Shown here: one piece after another, positions 37,201 to 50,000 of the stretch
Position numbering within the stretch: the stretch's first letter is position 1
Layout: every line of letters starts with the position of its first letter
Source of the DNA: Raillietiella orientalis
Lineage: Eukaryota
Direction: 5' to 3'
Length of the DNA stretch: 64,000 nt
Assembly: GCA_036172245.1 (NCBI GenBank)
Contig: JAYWIR010000020.1
Location: 2,728,001-2,792,000 of the forward strand
Position numbers and translations under genes: made by a program
The notes under the pieces: generated by a model
What the model was told of the DNA's origin: nothing
The model's input: the letters and a program-made list of their open reading frames with translations, nothing else
Database searches by the model: none

Positions 37201-37688
37201 TGGTAAGCTGCCATGAAAAAAATTTAAAAATCAAAAAGAAACCCAACACAACATTTCTTAGAAAAGGAGGGAACGTTAAATTCTAAAATAGACAGGATCA
37301 AGACAAGGAGCACTGGAAGATCGTGGAACACACGTGCATGTTTTCCTAACTTGCTGTAGGAACAAGTAAAGCTGAACGAAATTCTGTTTTTCTGTTTTTT
37401 TTTTTTTTGCTTACAAAAAAGATCAGCTCAGACCCTCAGGACGAAACGTTACTGAAACTAAAAGTTGCTTCCTTTACCTATTTCACTTGTCTCACTGATT
37501 AAACTAGAAATCAACATGGCATCACTTACTTCGTAAATGGGGAGGTTTTCAGAATTCCACTCGTTAATACGAGACACGTTCATATCCACCACAGTGACAA
37601 GAATTTCCGGACATTTGTAGGCCAGCACACTACATGTTGGGCCACCTACATACCCTGCTCCAATGCAGCAAATCCGTTCTATATCCAT
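34236..37688 (-). CDS. UGDH: UDP-glucose 6-dehydrogenase (sugarless/sqv-4 orthologue), ~470 aa
   Basis: Exons 37688-37530, 35749-35612, 35569-35405, 35363-35166, 35122-34975, 34928-34834, 34793-34446, 34397-34236 (1413 nt). Motifs: [48 protein letters not shown], catalytic [25 protein letters not shown]. Confidence 0.97.
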
Positions 37689-37984
37689 GCTAGAGGCACG
37701 TCAGGGTTCCATCACTGCACCTACTATTTCCAATACTAACAACAAAAGTTTTTCTTTTTAATTATCTGAACTCGAAAGCATTTCGCACACAACAAAACCA
37801 AAACCTGGAAATGCGAAATGGGGACTCTGCAAGAAAGGAAAGCAATACAAGAGGATCGTTTGCACACGCGACTCCCCCAACAAAAACACGGGATAAATTG
37901 CGGACCGCAGGATGCCTCCACCACACTACACACCCTATGCGGACATAAACCACGTACGCTGAACGGATCGTATAATTTCAATGT

Positions 37985-38002
37985 CAGATGGCAGGGTTGC
38001 CA
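37985..38002. promoter_or_regulatory. Candidate promoter motifs upstream of UGDH in the divergent UGDH/MFF interval
   Basis: CAGATGGC (YY1/E-box-like) abutting AGGGTTGCCA (TGGCAAC-type motif), at the edge of a CpG-retaining patch ~300 bp upstream of the UGDH ATG. Confidence 0.35.
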
Positions 38003-39111
38003 ATATCAAAATCAAAAGGAAGAAAAAGTATTGATCCAAAAAGGATCCACTCATCCTTACTCGAACCGAGAGTATCTCTCTGAACACAGAATCGCTTCCG
38101 TCTTGATAAGGATGAAATGAGAAATCTCTTTGTTCGATGTTCCAGTTTCAATACGAATATTATTCTATGAGGCTTTAGCTGTAAATATTTACAGTTTAAG
38201 CCACATAGTTACCTTGAATTTATAAATATTTAAGCACTTCCTTAGAAATCATTAGGAAAATATCCATCAATTTCATCTCAAATGAGAAAATAGTATGCAA
38301 TTTCCAAAATACATAACTAAAATGATCCTGTTATTTTACTCACTGATGTCACTTTCGATGTTATAAAATTTCATGAATGTGACACACCTTTAAATAAATC
38401 TATGAATTCTCAGAGATTTCGACGACACGTATTAATTTGCTAACGAAACTGAAGTGGTACTTGAGACAGATTTTTCAAAAAACACGAAAATAAAGTGATT
38501 TCATTGAACATGTATGCAAGCATTCAATACCTGTGCCTGTGTTTGATATAGTTCATAGTGAGAATTCTGCATTTCTATTAAAGTTACTCAGACATAAAAG
38601 CAGTCACATTCGAGGAATTTAACATCTTCAATTTAAAAGGTGACTGTTAATTTCTAAGGAGGTAAGTAGCAGTTTTTAGGCAGTGAGAGTTGGATCCATT
38701 CATCATACCAGTTTTAACGAATAATAAGGGCAAGTTTCATTTGAAGTCTTCCAAACACTGTATATGATCCAGATTCCCGGAAATAAAAACAAATGATACC
38801 TTGTTTTCAATAAATTTGGCAATAATAAATTTATTTAATAAATGTCCATGTATCAAGTCAAGTAAATAAGCAAAATTTCATTCGGACAATCATTTCTTCT
38901 ATTCATCACCATGAAGCATGAGATCTCAATGAAAGAGGAAATTTCGTGCTTTACCGTTGCTTATGCATTAGCTTGTTTCCATAATTAATCTCTTGAAACT
39001 TTCTTGAATGTGCCACACCAGCGCAAACCGTGGTGTATATTTCGAAGGGTTGCAAGCTTAATGCTATAATTTCTTTACAACTCTTACGTGTTTTAATTGT
39101 ACATTTTGAGG

Positions 39112-40931
39112 ATGGTAATTTAAGGTCTAAGTAAAAACACGTTGGTTTATGTTTCAGGTGAAATTTGGCGTACAGAATGTTTCATCTCAACTGAGTCCCG
39201 CGTTTCGAGAAAATAAAGGGTTGATGAAATGTAAGCCTTCTGATTTATAAAATAGGAACCTGTGAATTAACCTGCGTATTTTAAGCATTACAGCATACGG
39301 AATTAGGTTACCATGAATGCTGCCAGCGTTGCGTACAGATGTGATTCTAGGTGGTTTCAAATTTTACAGTATGCAGAAATGCGTTGTGACATTATTTGCT
39401 TATTTGTCTATTTATTTTGTCTGGTATTAGTGTAGCTTGTGTATGATTGCCAATAAATAAGCTGAGTGTTTTTCAGAAAACATCTTCAGTTCCATGTATG
39501 TGTGCAATGGTTCGCGACCAAGAAGTTAGTAAAGTACCTTTATTATTGTTTACAATTTAATACTTTTCTTTATTTTAATTAGACTTTGGAGTATTTTTAT
39601 GCATTCATTCTTGAAATGTGTTAAGGTCTTTTGAGGGGATTTAGCAGTTCGTTTCGTACAAGCAATAGATAACATTCTATCATCCCTAATTTTTACAAAA
39701 TAATATTACGCCCCGAACTGCTATAGTTTCTATCGACTTGGCTGCTTATTGATGTTAAAAGCTGACACAGTTACCGTGTCAGTTTTCAGTTTCAATGCTG
39801 TCATTTGAGTATCCAATCATTGCCTTCCCAGTTGATTTGCCAGCCTATAAATTCCGTGTTTCATGTATATGTTGCAAAACTGAACACATTGTAGAATGGT
39901 AGGAATGGTATGAATGAGTTTGCATTTGTTATACAAAATGTTCTTGTTTCCGCCATTGTTTCATTGTTTTGTTGTCAGAACTAAAAGCAGTTCCTATGGA
40001 TGTTTGCATTTATTGAATGTGAAAATTTCATATAATTTATATCCTTTTCTTCATTAGGTTACAGCGTTTCTGACATAGCATCTGCCGGAAAGCCAACCAA
40101 TCCATTAGATATGGTAGTCCCTGAAAGGATCCTTGTTACTGGTTTTGTATCTATAGGAAAAAATTTTTATTTATCCAACAGATTTTGATTCTTTATATTA
40201 GAAGTTGAATCAGTTATCTTTATTAGTTATTAACTATGTGATGATTGTAAATTAAATTAATGAAAAGTCTAGACTCTAAAATTCCAACCTGTAATCTGTT
40301 TAGTGTATCTGTAATTTTTGAGAATAAGTGTATTGGATTCTATGGTATTTTAACTTGAAGAATTTTGAAAATTCATGCATTCTTTTTGTATTCTACTTAT
40401 TTTATGCATCTCCAGGTGGTGATCAGCATATTGCTGCACATGCATTTCCCAGAGAATTATCATTTGAATATCCCAGACTTCCTGGAGAAGACTGGCAAGT
40501 TAAAGTGCAAGTGAGTCTCGATTCTGCAAGATGCTTTTTTGGAAAATTGTGTCAGTGCAGAACCCTCCTTCTGTCATTACCTTGGATCAGCATCATTTTC
40601 CTGTTATAAGTGAATGCTCTGAGGAATTTCTTGAAAACGATCGCAAATCTGCATTGGAACAGTTGAGATATTTACATCTTCTTTGCAATTATTCCTGAAT
40701 GCATGCTGTTACAGAGAGAAAGCTGTCCAAAACTGTGTTATTTCCAACAGCAATCCAGCACTGATAGAGAAGGATGTCCAGTTGCTCAAATACCAGTTGA
40801 CCCAAGTTTATGCCCGGCTACATGACTTGGAAGTATGCAATAGCCAACGGCAGAATCGCGAACTCTTGCTTGGAACTCTAGGACTCGCATATTTCTCCCT
40901 GAAAATAGTTTTGTGGCTCTTGCGAAGTTGA
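39112..40931 (+). CDS. MFF: Mitochondrial fission factor (Mff/Tango11 family), ~190 aa; 5' exons less certain
   Basis: Exons 39112-39114 (ATG only, tentative), 39158-39230 (tentative), 40058-40141, 40416-40510, 40561-40661, 40715-40931. Contains the Mff repeat MVVPERILVTG, NPPSVITL (TPPxVLTL-like), a coiled coil LKYQL..VYARL..LE and a C-terminal tail anchor ending WLLRS. Confidence 0.85.
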
Positions 40932-41002
40932 CTAGTTGCATAATGAAGTAGTACTTTGCACAAAATGTGGAAGGCTATGGCCATTAAACCACATTTTGTT
41001 GT

Positions 41003-41008
41003 AATAAA
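41003..41008 (+). terminator. Poly(A) signal of MFF
   Basis: AATAAA 72 nt after the MFF stop codon. Confidence 0.6.
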
Positions 41009-41050
41009 AGCCCGTAAATATATTTAATTGAAGTCTACAGTAGCTTGTAA

Positions 41051-42571
41051 ATGAACAGAGAAGAGGATCAGAATCCTGTGCTGTGTCCAGACTTGTGCAG
41101 CAGTGAGGAAGATCTAAAAGGTGATGCTATTGGACACACACTGTTCAGTGAAAGCTGGGTGATCAAGGTGGCTATGAACCTCACACAGGCAAGCGGAAAG
41201 CAATACAGCAAATTAGTTAGCTGTAGGTAGTGCCAAAATACTGCTCTTCTGAATTGAAAGGAAGTGGTGAGCATTTGATGGAACTGGATGAGACATTGGA
41301 TGAGGATCTATGCCAGTTGTGGGATATGAGTGCAGATACAGAAGTATCAACCAAACTTGTGGATTTGAATGTGGCTCAGATGTTAGCAGAAACAGCTGTG
41401 TACAGCAAGTCACCACGTCTCACAGTAAGGGCACTTAAAGCCCAGATTTCATTTTCGTCGATATTCAGGAAATCTGTTTGGGCATTCTAAGCAATGTTTT
41501 GAGCCATCGTATTGGGCAGAACATGTCACTCATAGATGATTCCCTGCTTACATCTTTGACTTTCTGTTTTTATTATCAAGATTCTTTAGTGCTGATTCAA
41601 GTATGTCGTCTTTGGATGGCCTGTTTATGGAACCTTCACCATCATTCACTTCAGTTGGAAAAATGGGTAGATGCGCTCTCTGAAACTTCCATTATAGAGC
41701 GTCTGCAATATCTCCTATTAAGTAGCACTAACAGTAAGATATGCAAGCAAATAGGTATCTGCTTGACTTCATAGTAGAGGATCTTCTCCTGAAGGTGTTC
41801 CAAGTCATCCACTGCATGTTTAATTCACTTTCTGAGACTGGATTGGTTGCATACGTTCGATCTTTGCATCAAGCTGGTGAGCTGTAATATATTTAGTAAA
41901 TGCAACTGAGCATATGATGTGTAGGTATCCTCAAGGGCTTTTCTGAAGCAGTATCTGAATTAGATATAAACACAGACTATGCAGTTCAGCAGGCATGCCA
42001 GCATATGCCTTGCCTGACTGAAGTCCTGCACCAGCTTATTGTGGGTTTCCCATTAACAGAAATGCAGATGCCTTTGACTTGTGACACAAGCATTTTTTCT
42101 GATTTATGGCAGCTGTTCAAAAATCATGTCATCCATCATTTTAGCACAACTCAGGACTTTGAATTTTGTGATACACATGAGGCTGAAGATTTGATTCAAG
42201 CTTTGGAAGTGTTACAAACATTAGAACAGCTAGGAAGACTGCATCCCAATGTGCAGTTCCTGCATGTTATTTGTTCATCATCACTCATTATCCATCCAAC
42301 TCCTATTAATGAAGTTGAGACACTGCGATGTGCTATTATGGATTATTTTTATAATTATGTAAAGTGCTATCTAGAGGACAAAGTCTTGATGGCAGCTCTG
42401 TTCCATATGATGGATGCATTACCAATACAGCATGCACGCTTGTTACTCTTGCATGTCAGGCAACATTATCCAAAGACTATGCTGACCTTGGAGCAATACT
42501 ATCATTCCAATCCAGAATTTCATAAAATTTTGCTACAGACTCTCTCTCCCAGTTCTGATGTTAATACTTAG
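41051..42571 (+). CDS. SAAL1: SAAL1-like protein
   Basis: Exons 41051-41188, 41227-41424, 41469-41733, 41778-41876, 41925-42571 (the last may hide in-frame introns). Motifs GDAIGHTLFSESWV, LCQLWDMS, SKSPRLTEICLGILSN and SSTN-x-DLL match SAAL1. Confidence 0.88.
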
Positions 42572-42723
42572 ATGTGTTGTACATTGTTCTGGAAGAAGGG
42601 TGGTTTTAAATACCATGTAACGTTTTGACTGTATTTTTAGTAAAGATTATAATCTCTGTAACAAGTCTCATTTCAGTATTTATGAACTTAAGACGGATGA
42701 TACTTTTGTGACCTTTTGCCTTA

Positions 42724-45032
42724 ATGTGGCTGTCTGGTGTGTATTTCACACTTGTAAGATGGGTTATTTATGTATTTTTGGTCATTCCTGTTTGTAATAC
42801 AGTTAGAGTATTTGATGAGCTACATATAAGGAAATTGAGGTCAGTGAAGCCATGGCTTCATTTGCTTAACAGAACATTTCTCTCCAGGGAGGAGGTGCGC
42901 TCCATGTTTTATTTTGCCTACTCCAATTACATGCAGTATGCTTATCCATTAGATGAGCTCCGTCCTCTGAGCTGTGGTGGAATGGATACTTGGGGCAGGT
43001 GAGTTACTGGTAATCTTACATACCGAGGAGTACTTTTCTTCTAGCTATTCTCTAACATTAATTGATTCCTTGGATATGCTAGCCATTTTGGGAAACGTAT
43101 CTGAGTTTGCCCGTGTTCAAGAAATGGTGCTGAAAAACAGTAACTTCAATGTAAACATCAATGTTTCTGTTTTTGAAACGAATATTCGCATTGTGGGCGG
43201 TTTGCTCAGTGCGCATCTCTTAAGTTATAGGTGAAAAATGAGCACGTTTTTTAATATAACTTGCTAATAATATCAGGATGGGAACTGTGAAAGATACAGA
43301 ATGGCCATGCAAAGGACCTCTTTTAGATTTAGCAGTGGATTTAGCAAGTAGGCTGCTTCCAGCTTTTGATACTCCAACAGGTGAAATGATTATTTTTTTT
43401 CTTTTTCATGACTTCTGTCATTCAGGAATGCCTTTTGGAACTGTGAATTTGAAGCATGGTGTACCAGTGGATGAGACTTCTGTGACTAGCACAGCAGGAG
43501 TTGGTACTTTTCTTATTGAGTTTGCTACTATTTCTCGTTTAACTGGTAACTCCATCTTTGAAGAAGTAGGCAGATCCAGTTTGTAGTCGTACATCAAGTA
43601 TATAGTATTTAGGTTGCCTTACGTGCCATTATTAGCCTCTGGAAATATCGATCAAGCCTTGGTCTTTTTGGAAATCACATTAATGTACTGACAGGAGAAT
43701 GGATTGCACAAGATGCTGGCATTGGTTGGTTTGTAATTTTAGACCTGTTGTTATATTTTATTAATAGGAGCTGGAGTTGATTCTTATTTTGAATACTTGG
43801 TCAAGGGTAGCATGTTACTACAAGAATCTCGCCTACTGAGTATGTTTCAGATCAGTAATGCAGCAATTGAGAAGTATCTTCGCCATCATGACTGGTATCT
43901 TTGGGCTACTATGACTAAAGCTCAGATCACTATGCCAATCTTTCAAAGCTTGGAAGCTTTTTGGCCTGGATTACTTAGCTTGCTGGGTAATTTAACAGTT
44001 TCTTTTATAAAGCTTATGCTTGCAATCAGGTGATATTGATAAAGCCATGCGAAGCCTGCATAACTATCACAAAATTTGGAAGCAGTTTGGCTTCATTCCA
44101 GATTTTTATCATATTGCTAAGCGTAGTGTTGTAGAAGGACAAGCAGTTTATCCATTACGTCCTGAATTAGCAGAGTCATTAATGTATTTATTCCGTGCTA
44201 CAAAGGATCCTTGGCTTCTGTCATTTGGAGAAGATATGCTACGCAGCATCCAGCATTCTGCCAGAGCTCCTTGTGGTTATGCTACAGTTAGTAATCACCC
44301 CTTTATGCATTTTACACTCACTGTAGGTGAAAGATGTTCGATCTCATCACTTGGAAGATCGCATGGAATCCTTTTTTCTTGCTGAAACGACCAAATATTT
44401 GTTTCTTTTGTTTGATCCTGGTAATTTCATTCACAATTCTGGTACATCAGGCACTCTGATTCTTTCAAATAATCAGGAATGCGTTGTTGATGCAGGTGGC
44501 TATATTTTTAACACAGGTGAAACGAGCAGTTAATTTTTTATTCCATTTTGATGATTTGTACTCCAGAAGCTCATCCAATTGATCCAGCAGCTCTCACATG
44601 CTGTCAGAATTTATTCAGTTACTTGAATGACTACAAAGAAGATCAGTTAAAAGCTCTGATGAAGGTGCAATTTCCAACCCGAATACCATTTGAGCTGTTG
44701 ACGGAATGGAAAAAGAAACATGTGGTATGGAGAGCTTCTGCTAATGTTGATTTCATGAAGATGTGTAGGTGGATCAGACTTCAAATTCAAATGATCACAC
44801 GAAAGATGAACCAGAAACATCAGAGGATCCGCAATTTTGCATCAAAGATGAAGTATACAATTATAATGATACATTTTCTTTGCTGGCCTTAAAAGCCAGG
44901 TTGTTGTTTTTTCGGAATTCTTCAGCTTTTGATACATTTCAGAAGCTAAATGATACTTTTATGTCTTGTTATCAAAGGCCGTTTTTCAGATATTTTTATA
45001 TCCAGGGAGAAGTTTATGATCTAGTCAATTAA
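42724..45032 (+). CDS. EDEM2: ER degradation-enhancing alpha-mannosidase-like protein 2 (GH47)
   Basis: Exons 42724-42839, 42888-42998, 43045-43230, 43277-43380, 43426-43565, 43613-43724, 43768-43986, 44030-44286, 44327-44516, 44567-44724, 44769-45032. N-terminal hydrophobic signal, [77 protein letters not shown], and an EDEM2-type C-terminal SCxxxPF segment. Confidence 0.95.
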
Positions 45033-47069
45033 TTTATTGAAAAAATTTTTGCTGTGAAAAATGGGAAAAATTTATTGTTTTAAACTAAATAGTTTTTGAT
45101 ATTAAAAGTTTAAAATGTTGCCAGATGTGCAAAATAACTGTTGAAAATTCTTTTGGACAAATCTCTCAAATGTTTTATCTAACAAACAGTTATGTATGAA
45201 GTTATGAACACATACAACTGACTTACACATGAGAAACATGAAGTGAAGACAAACAATAATTGAGGTACATCTTCAACATTCTGGAATCTATATTCAATTA
45301 ATTCCTAGCATTAAAAATGAAAGCAGCATTTCATGGAAGGAATCTCCAGAGAGAAAAAATGATCAATGATCCTCAGCTTTGGTACTGTCACAATACATAA
45401 AATTCCCTCTGGAATGTATGCATTGTATTTTTAAGGCTCATTTAATTCGACACTTCTAGTCTTATATCAAAACAATTTTTTTAATTAAACAGTTCACGAG
45501 AACATACTCGTTGCCTTATATCAGTCTTTCTTCAATTCCATGGCAGTTTGCTTTTTCAGTGCAAATTGCCTTCAGATGCTACAGATTGCATAAATGAGGT
45601 TATCTTGATCTGATTAATGCTCAATTGCCAAATTTTGAAAAAGATAAGATCATGATGGTTCTATTGCAGGAGTAATTTGAAATTACAATATGACAGAAAT
45701 TTTCGTATGTACCTTTAAACGAGAATGGCCGTTTCTACAATTAGAATAAACCTACTTCGCTGATGTGCACCTGAAGACCACAGTACAATGCTCAACATCA
45801 TGTTGCCCAGCGCCGATCACATTCCCTAAAGATCAGAATTCCTCGTCTAAAGGCACGAAAATCACAATCATGCATGTCATAATCCCCTTATTTCTCATTG
45901 AAAAAAGACCACGTTAGGGGGATACAAAATCGAAGTGGTAATTGGTGGGTGCTCTCGTTCATTGCTTGATACTGTATCGAGGGTTTGTCTATTTTCCTAT
46001 ACAATTTCATTTTACTGCATTCCTTACAATGCAATGAGATATTTGTGACGCTGTTCCCTCTCAAAACGGCTGTGTATGTGACTACTTAGTGGTCAAGGAT
46101 AAAAGTCTACTTAGAAGATGCTATCGACGCTGCGAAAACAAAAAAAATTGTTTGGTTGCAATGACCGAGCAATAACCGGACCTTCAAATGGACAGCATAT
46201 ACTCACAAAATTAGTGGATCACAACCACGCTTCAGGTGAAAGTGCAGGGACTGCTCCGAAGATCACAGAGGTGAAAAACACGGGGGTAGGGGGAAGAAAA
46301 CGAGAAAAATCTCCCCTGCCAAATCGCGTGCAGCTGCTGCCCCTTCGCACACCGGTGGTGTCCTCAACACCGCCCTCCGGAAGAGGACAGCAAGAAGCGC
46401 AGCGAACGGCCAAACACCTGCCGACACAGCACCATCACAACGTCGGCTTTGCAGGCATTATTTATCCGTGTGTTGAAACCCCTGCAGCAAATGATGAATT
46501 ATGTTTTCGGGACATTTCAGTCTCTCGGGATTGTGTCTTTCGAGATTATGACCCGAACCCATCCGGAGACGTATTTTCCTATTGGTTTGTATTCGGATTT
46601 TATTTTTTCCACCCAGTACCTGGAACTCCAATAATCTGTTTTTCCTGATCTGAACTGTAATGCAAAATTAGGCTTATTCAGTATGTGAGCAATCATCTTA
46701 TAATACGGGGGGGGGGATAATAATAATAATCATTCGTGTTGAATTCTTATAACTACAGGTAAAATGTGGCTTTTCCTTCGATACCTAAACTTTCCCCACA
46801 TTTTCAGGACAAAATCCCAATTGACCAAATTTCAAACTAGATACCTCAAACTGAATTCTTTTGTTTTACAATCTTTTTTTCTTTTTTTTTTCTTCACGTT
46901 AATTGCAAACAAAGAGCACATTAAAAATGTGTAATGCAAGTTTATTACTCTAAAGGAACCTTAATTAAAAGTAAATAAGTAACAGCAATAAAGACTGAAT
47001 GGTTTGCTTTATGTACTACAAACTATATGAAATTTATCCAAGGCACTAAGGGTACACTGTTACTGTCGA

Positions 47070-50000
47070 TCACTCTAAAGGACACACAAGCTCCTCTGCA
47101 TGATTTTCTGCTTTGTTTTTTAATAATGGAAAAAGGGAAGGACGTTTGGTCATCTAGAAAAGTAACCAAATCAATGACTGCCAAGTCAAACATTAGATGT
47201 AACTTACTTTTAGCCTCATTGCTGGTGATAAAGAACTTGAATTCACCTCTGATTCTCGTTTTGACTGCATAATTGTGCGGCCTATCAAGTCACGAAAATG
47301 ATTAGTCAAATGTCTGCGCAAGAGAGTTTTGCTGGGTGGAATGGATAACAAAGTTGCTAACAGACCATCTGTAAAGCGAGGCTCATACACCATCAAACCT
47401 CCATGTACACCTGAATATTTACATCACAATTATGTCCCACAGTAATGAATTGTGCTATCTTTACCAGAACCTCGAAGATTGGGAGCATACTCAGCCAAGT
47501 CCACATTTCGTAACCATTCCATTACTCTATGATTGGTCCATAAAGCCACCTCATCTGCACTGAAGGAAGTTTCTTCTGGTGACGAACGCCTTCTTAAGCA
47601 GTGTGGATCAAAATTGTGCTGGCGCAATACCTAACCATCCATCAACCTGCTTTCCCCCAAATGATAACTGACTTGGATGCCTGTTCTGATACTAGCTACA
47701 TGCAAAGAGCTGTACACTTTCAGATGACCAAGGTCATCCATTGTCAATAAATGCAGCATTCGTCCATCTACACGGCCCTCCAAGAAAGCATCTTTGCATT
47801 GGGGTAGGCCAATATCATCTAGCCAGCGTATGACTAAATGATTATCCACCTTCCCTGCAGCAGTCAAATAATGGTCTTTTGATGTTTCTGCTTTGACTGC
47901 TAATTCAATCTTTTTTCGATGAAGTGGGTTCTGCCGAAAATTAATATTTTGGTTTTCTAACCTATTACTAACTTTGATCTGCAAATCCCGTTCTAAAATT
48001 TGTGAAGTCACTCCCAAAAAATGCAGTCCCCCTTCACACCATCGACGCACTTGTGGCACATATGGAATTAAACCCATTTCCTCCAGCCAGTTGCAAACCA
48101 TATCCACAGTCCATTCTCTGAAGGGTTTACCACACCTGAAAAAATTGTCTCACTGTCAAAAATAAAACCATCTTACCTGCCATCATGATGGGTAATGCGA
48201 GCTAAGGAAGTAGCTCTCAATCCACCCCTTTTAAAATCAAAGCCATTCTCCACAGATTCTGCTATTGTTGAGGATCCGTTCCACCTGATAGCTCAAGTAA
48301 GCAGCGCCCTCATTAATACATTGCGTACTTTCCAAATATTTTCCTTCCTTTTTTCGGTTTTCCAGCACTGGAAGGTAGAGGTGGCCTTGATAGAGAACCT
48401 CCTAAAACTATTTCACTAGCTTTGGAGTGCACCAAGTGGTCCACTAATAACACACAGTAGATTACAAAAAACGAAAACAAAACATCATTCTTACCTAGAT
48501 TTGGGGCAGAATAACACTTGGTTTCAGCATTTTTCAGGAATTTTAAGGATGAGAATCCTTTTTCATGCATCTCAGCTTTCCTTTCTTTAATCATAGTATC
48601 CTTGCTCTTAGGTAAAGTGCCATAATGCAATAAGGGGCTGAAAGACTGCACCACCATTTTGTAGATGAAGCCTTCCACTAGCATGGTGTTTACATGCAAA
48701 TTTAGTGAGCACCTGACCATCTGCCACTTGGAGCAGTTCTCGCAGTTCCTGATTTTCTGATTCCAAAGTTAAGCATCGCGTACGAAGAGAATTGACTTCT
48801 GCTAGCAAATCGATTTTCTCTTTCTCTAACTGATTCTTGCAATCGATTTCCTGATTTGAAAGAAGAAATGATTGTTTAAATGAAATAGTATGTAGGCATA
48901 CTAACTTTTTTTAAACTCTTTTCCAGCTGACAAATCTGCTGCTGCTTATCAGAAGATAATTTGTCCAAATTAGTCAGCTTAGCTCTCTGTAACTCAATCT
49001 GATCATTTAAAACAGATGCTTCCATTTCTAATTGATGCTTTTCTTTTTGAAATTTCAAAATTGACTTCTTAAGTTCATCAACACCAACCTAAAAAAGGAA
49101 ATCAATTTTACAGATAATTACATTACATATTCAAATACAAAACTGTTCAAAAGCAAATGAATCTTATCCTGGATATCGATTCACATCAACATACATGCTT
49201 TAAAATTCAATCTCCTAAATAGTGTTGTAGGGATAAACACTTAAAAACAAAAAAAGAAATTTGAAACAAATTTGCAAAGTTGTTTATAAATTACTGAGAT
49301 AGCAATTATCACAAAACTAAGCTACAATGTTAGATATAAAGGTTTTTATTAGAAGAAACCACCTTTTTTAGCTTTAAAAGCGCCTTCAACTTCTGAAATT
49401 GAATTTGATCTAAATAAAACAAAAATAAAAAATAATACAACAGAGAAATTAACGTTATGAATTAAAAAATTAGATTAAATTCTCAGTCTAATCCAAGTAA
49501 ACACTGTATAATGAACTATTTCTTCATTATTCACTCTGAATGAACTTTAAAAAACATTGGAATTTCAGAAAGAACAGAAGAGACGATTCTGGATGAGTAT
49601 CACTACAGATTGATTTACTTGGAGGTTATCATGCATTATATATCATGTATTTTTAATTCCTTGTCGCAATGACAGGAAATTATTTTATGAAAGATCTCCA
49701 AAATTTCCCTTCTAGCTGACTTAAAACAACAACCAGGAAATTTCAGTACAAATAATGTTGGAAAAATCCCAGAGTTGAGCATCATCGATTTACTCTGTGC
49801 TTAGTTTCACATTAAAATAATAATGCTTAGCAATCAAAGATAGCAAATTTTTCTACACAGCATGCATGGGAATTGGATTTTTAAAATATGCTGTACAATG
49901 CATCGCAAAAATTTAATTTATTAGCATATAATTAGTAAGTGCATATTTTCAAATGCTTCCGCAAAATTTCTTTTAAACTAAACTACAGAGAGGCCACAGG

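Noticed and set aside
39290..39630. Separate small membrane-protein gene between the MFF 5' exons
   Set aside because: No consistent spliced ORF or recognisable family; treated as intron.
40039..40048. ATATCCTTTT, a U12 AT-AC donor consensus
   Set aside because: Lies in the pyrimidine tract just before the MFF acceptor at 40057, with no upstream exon or matching AC acceptor.
46204..46321. U1 snRNA-like similarity on the minus strand (TGGCAGGGGAGAT ... AATTTTGTG)
   Set aside because: Lacks the 5' ATACTTACC, the U1-70K and U1A loops and stem-loop IV; most likely chance.
46484..46660. C/D box snoRNA candidate (ATGATGA 46491-46497, CTGA 46645/46650)
   Set aside because: The boxes are short common motifs, the span is long, and no guide complementarity could be identified.
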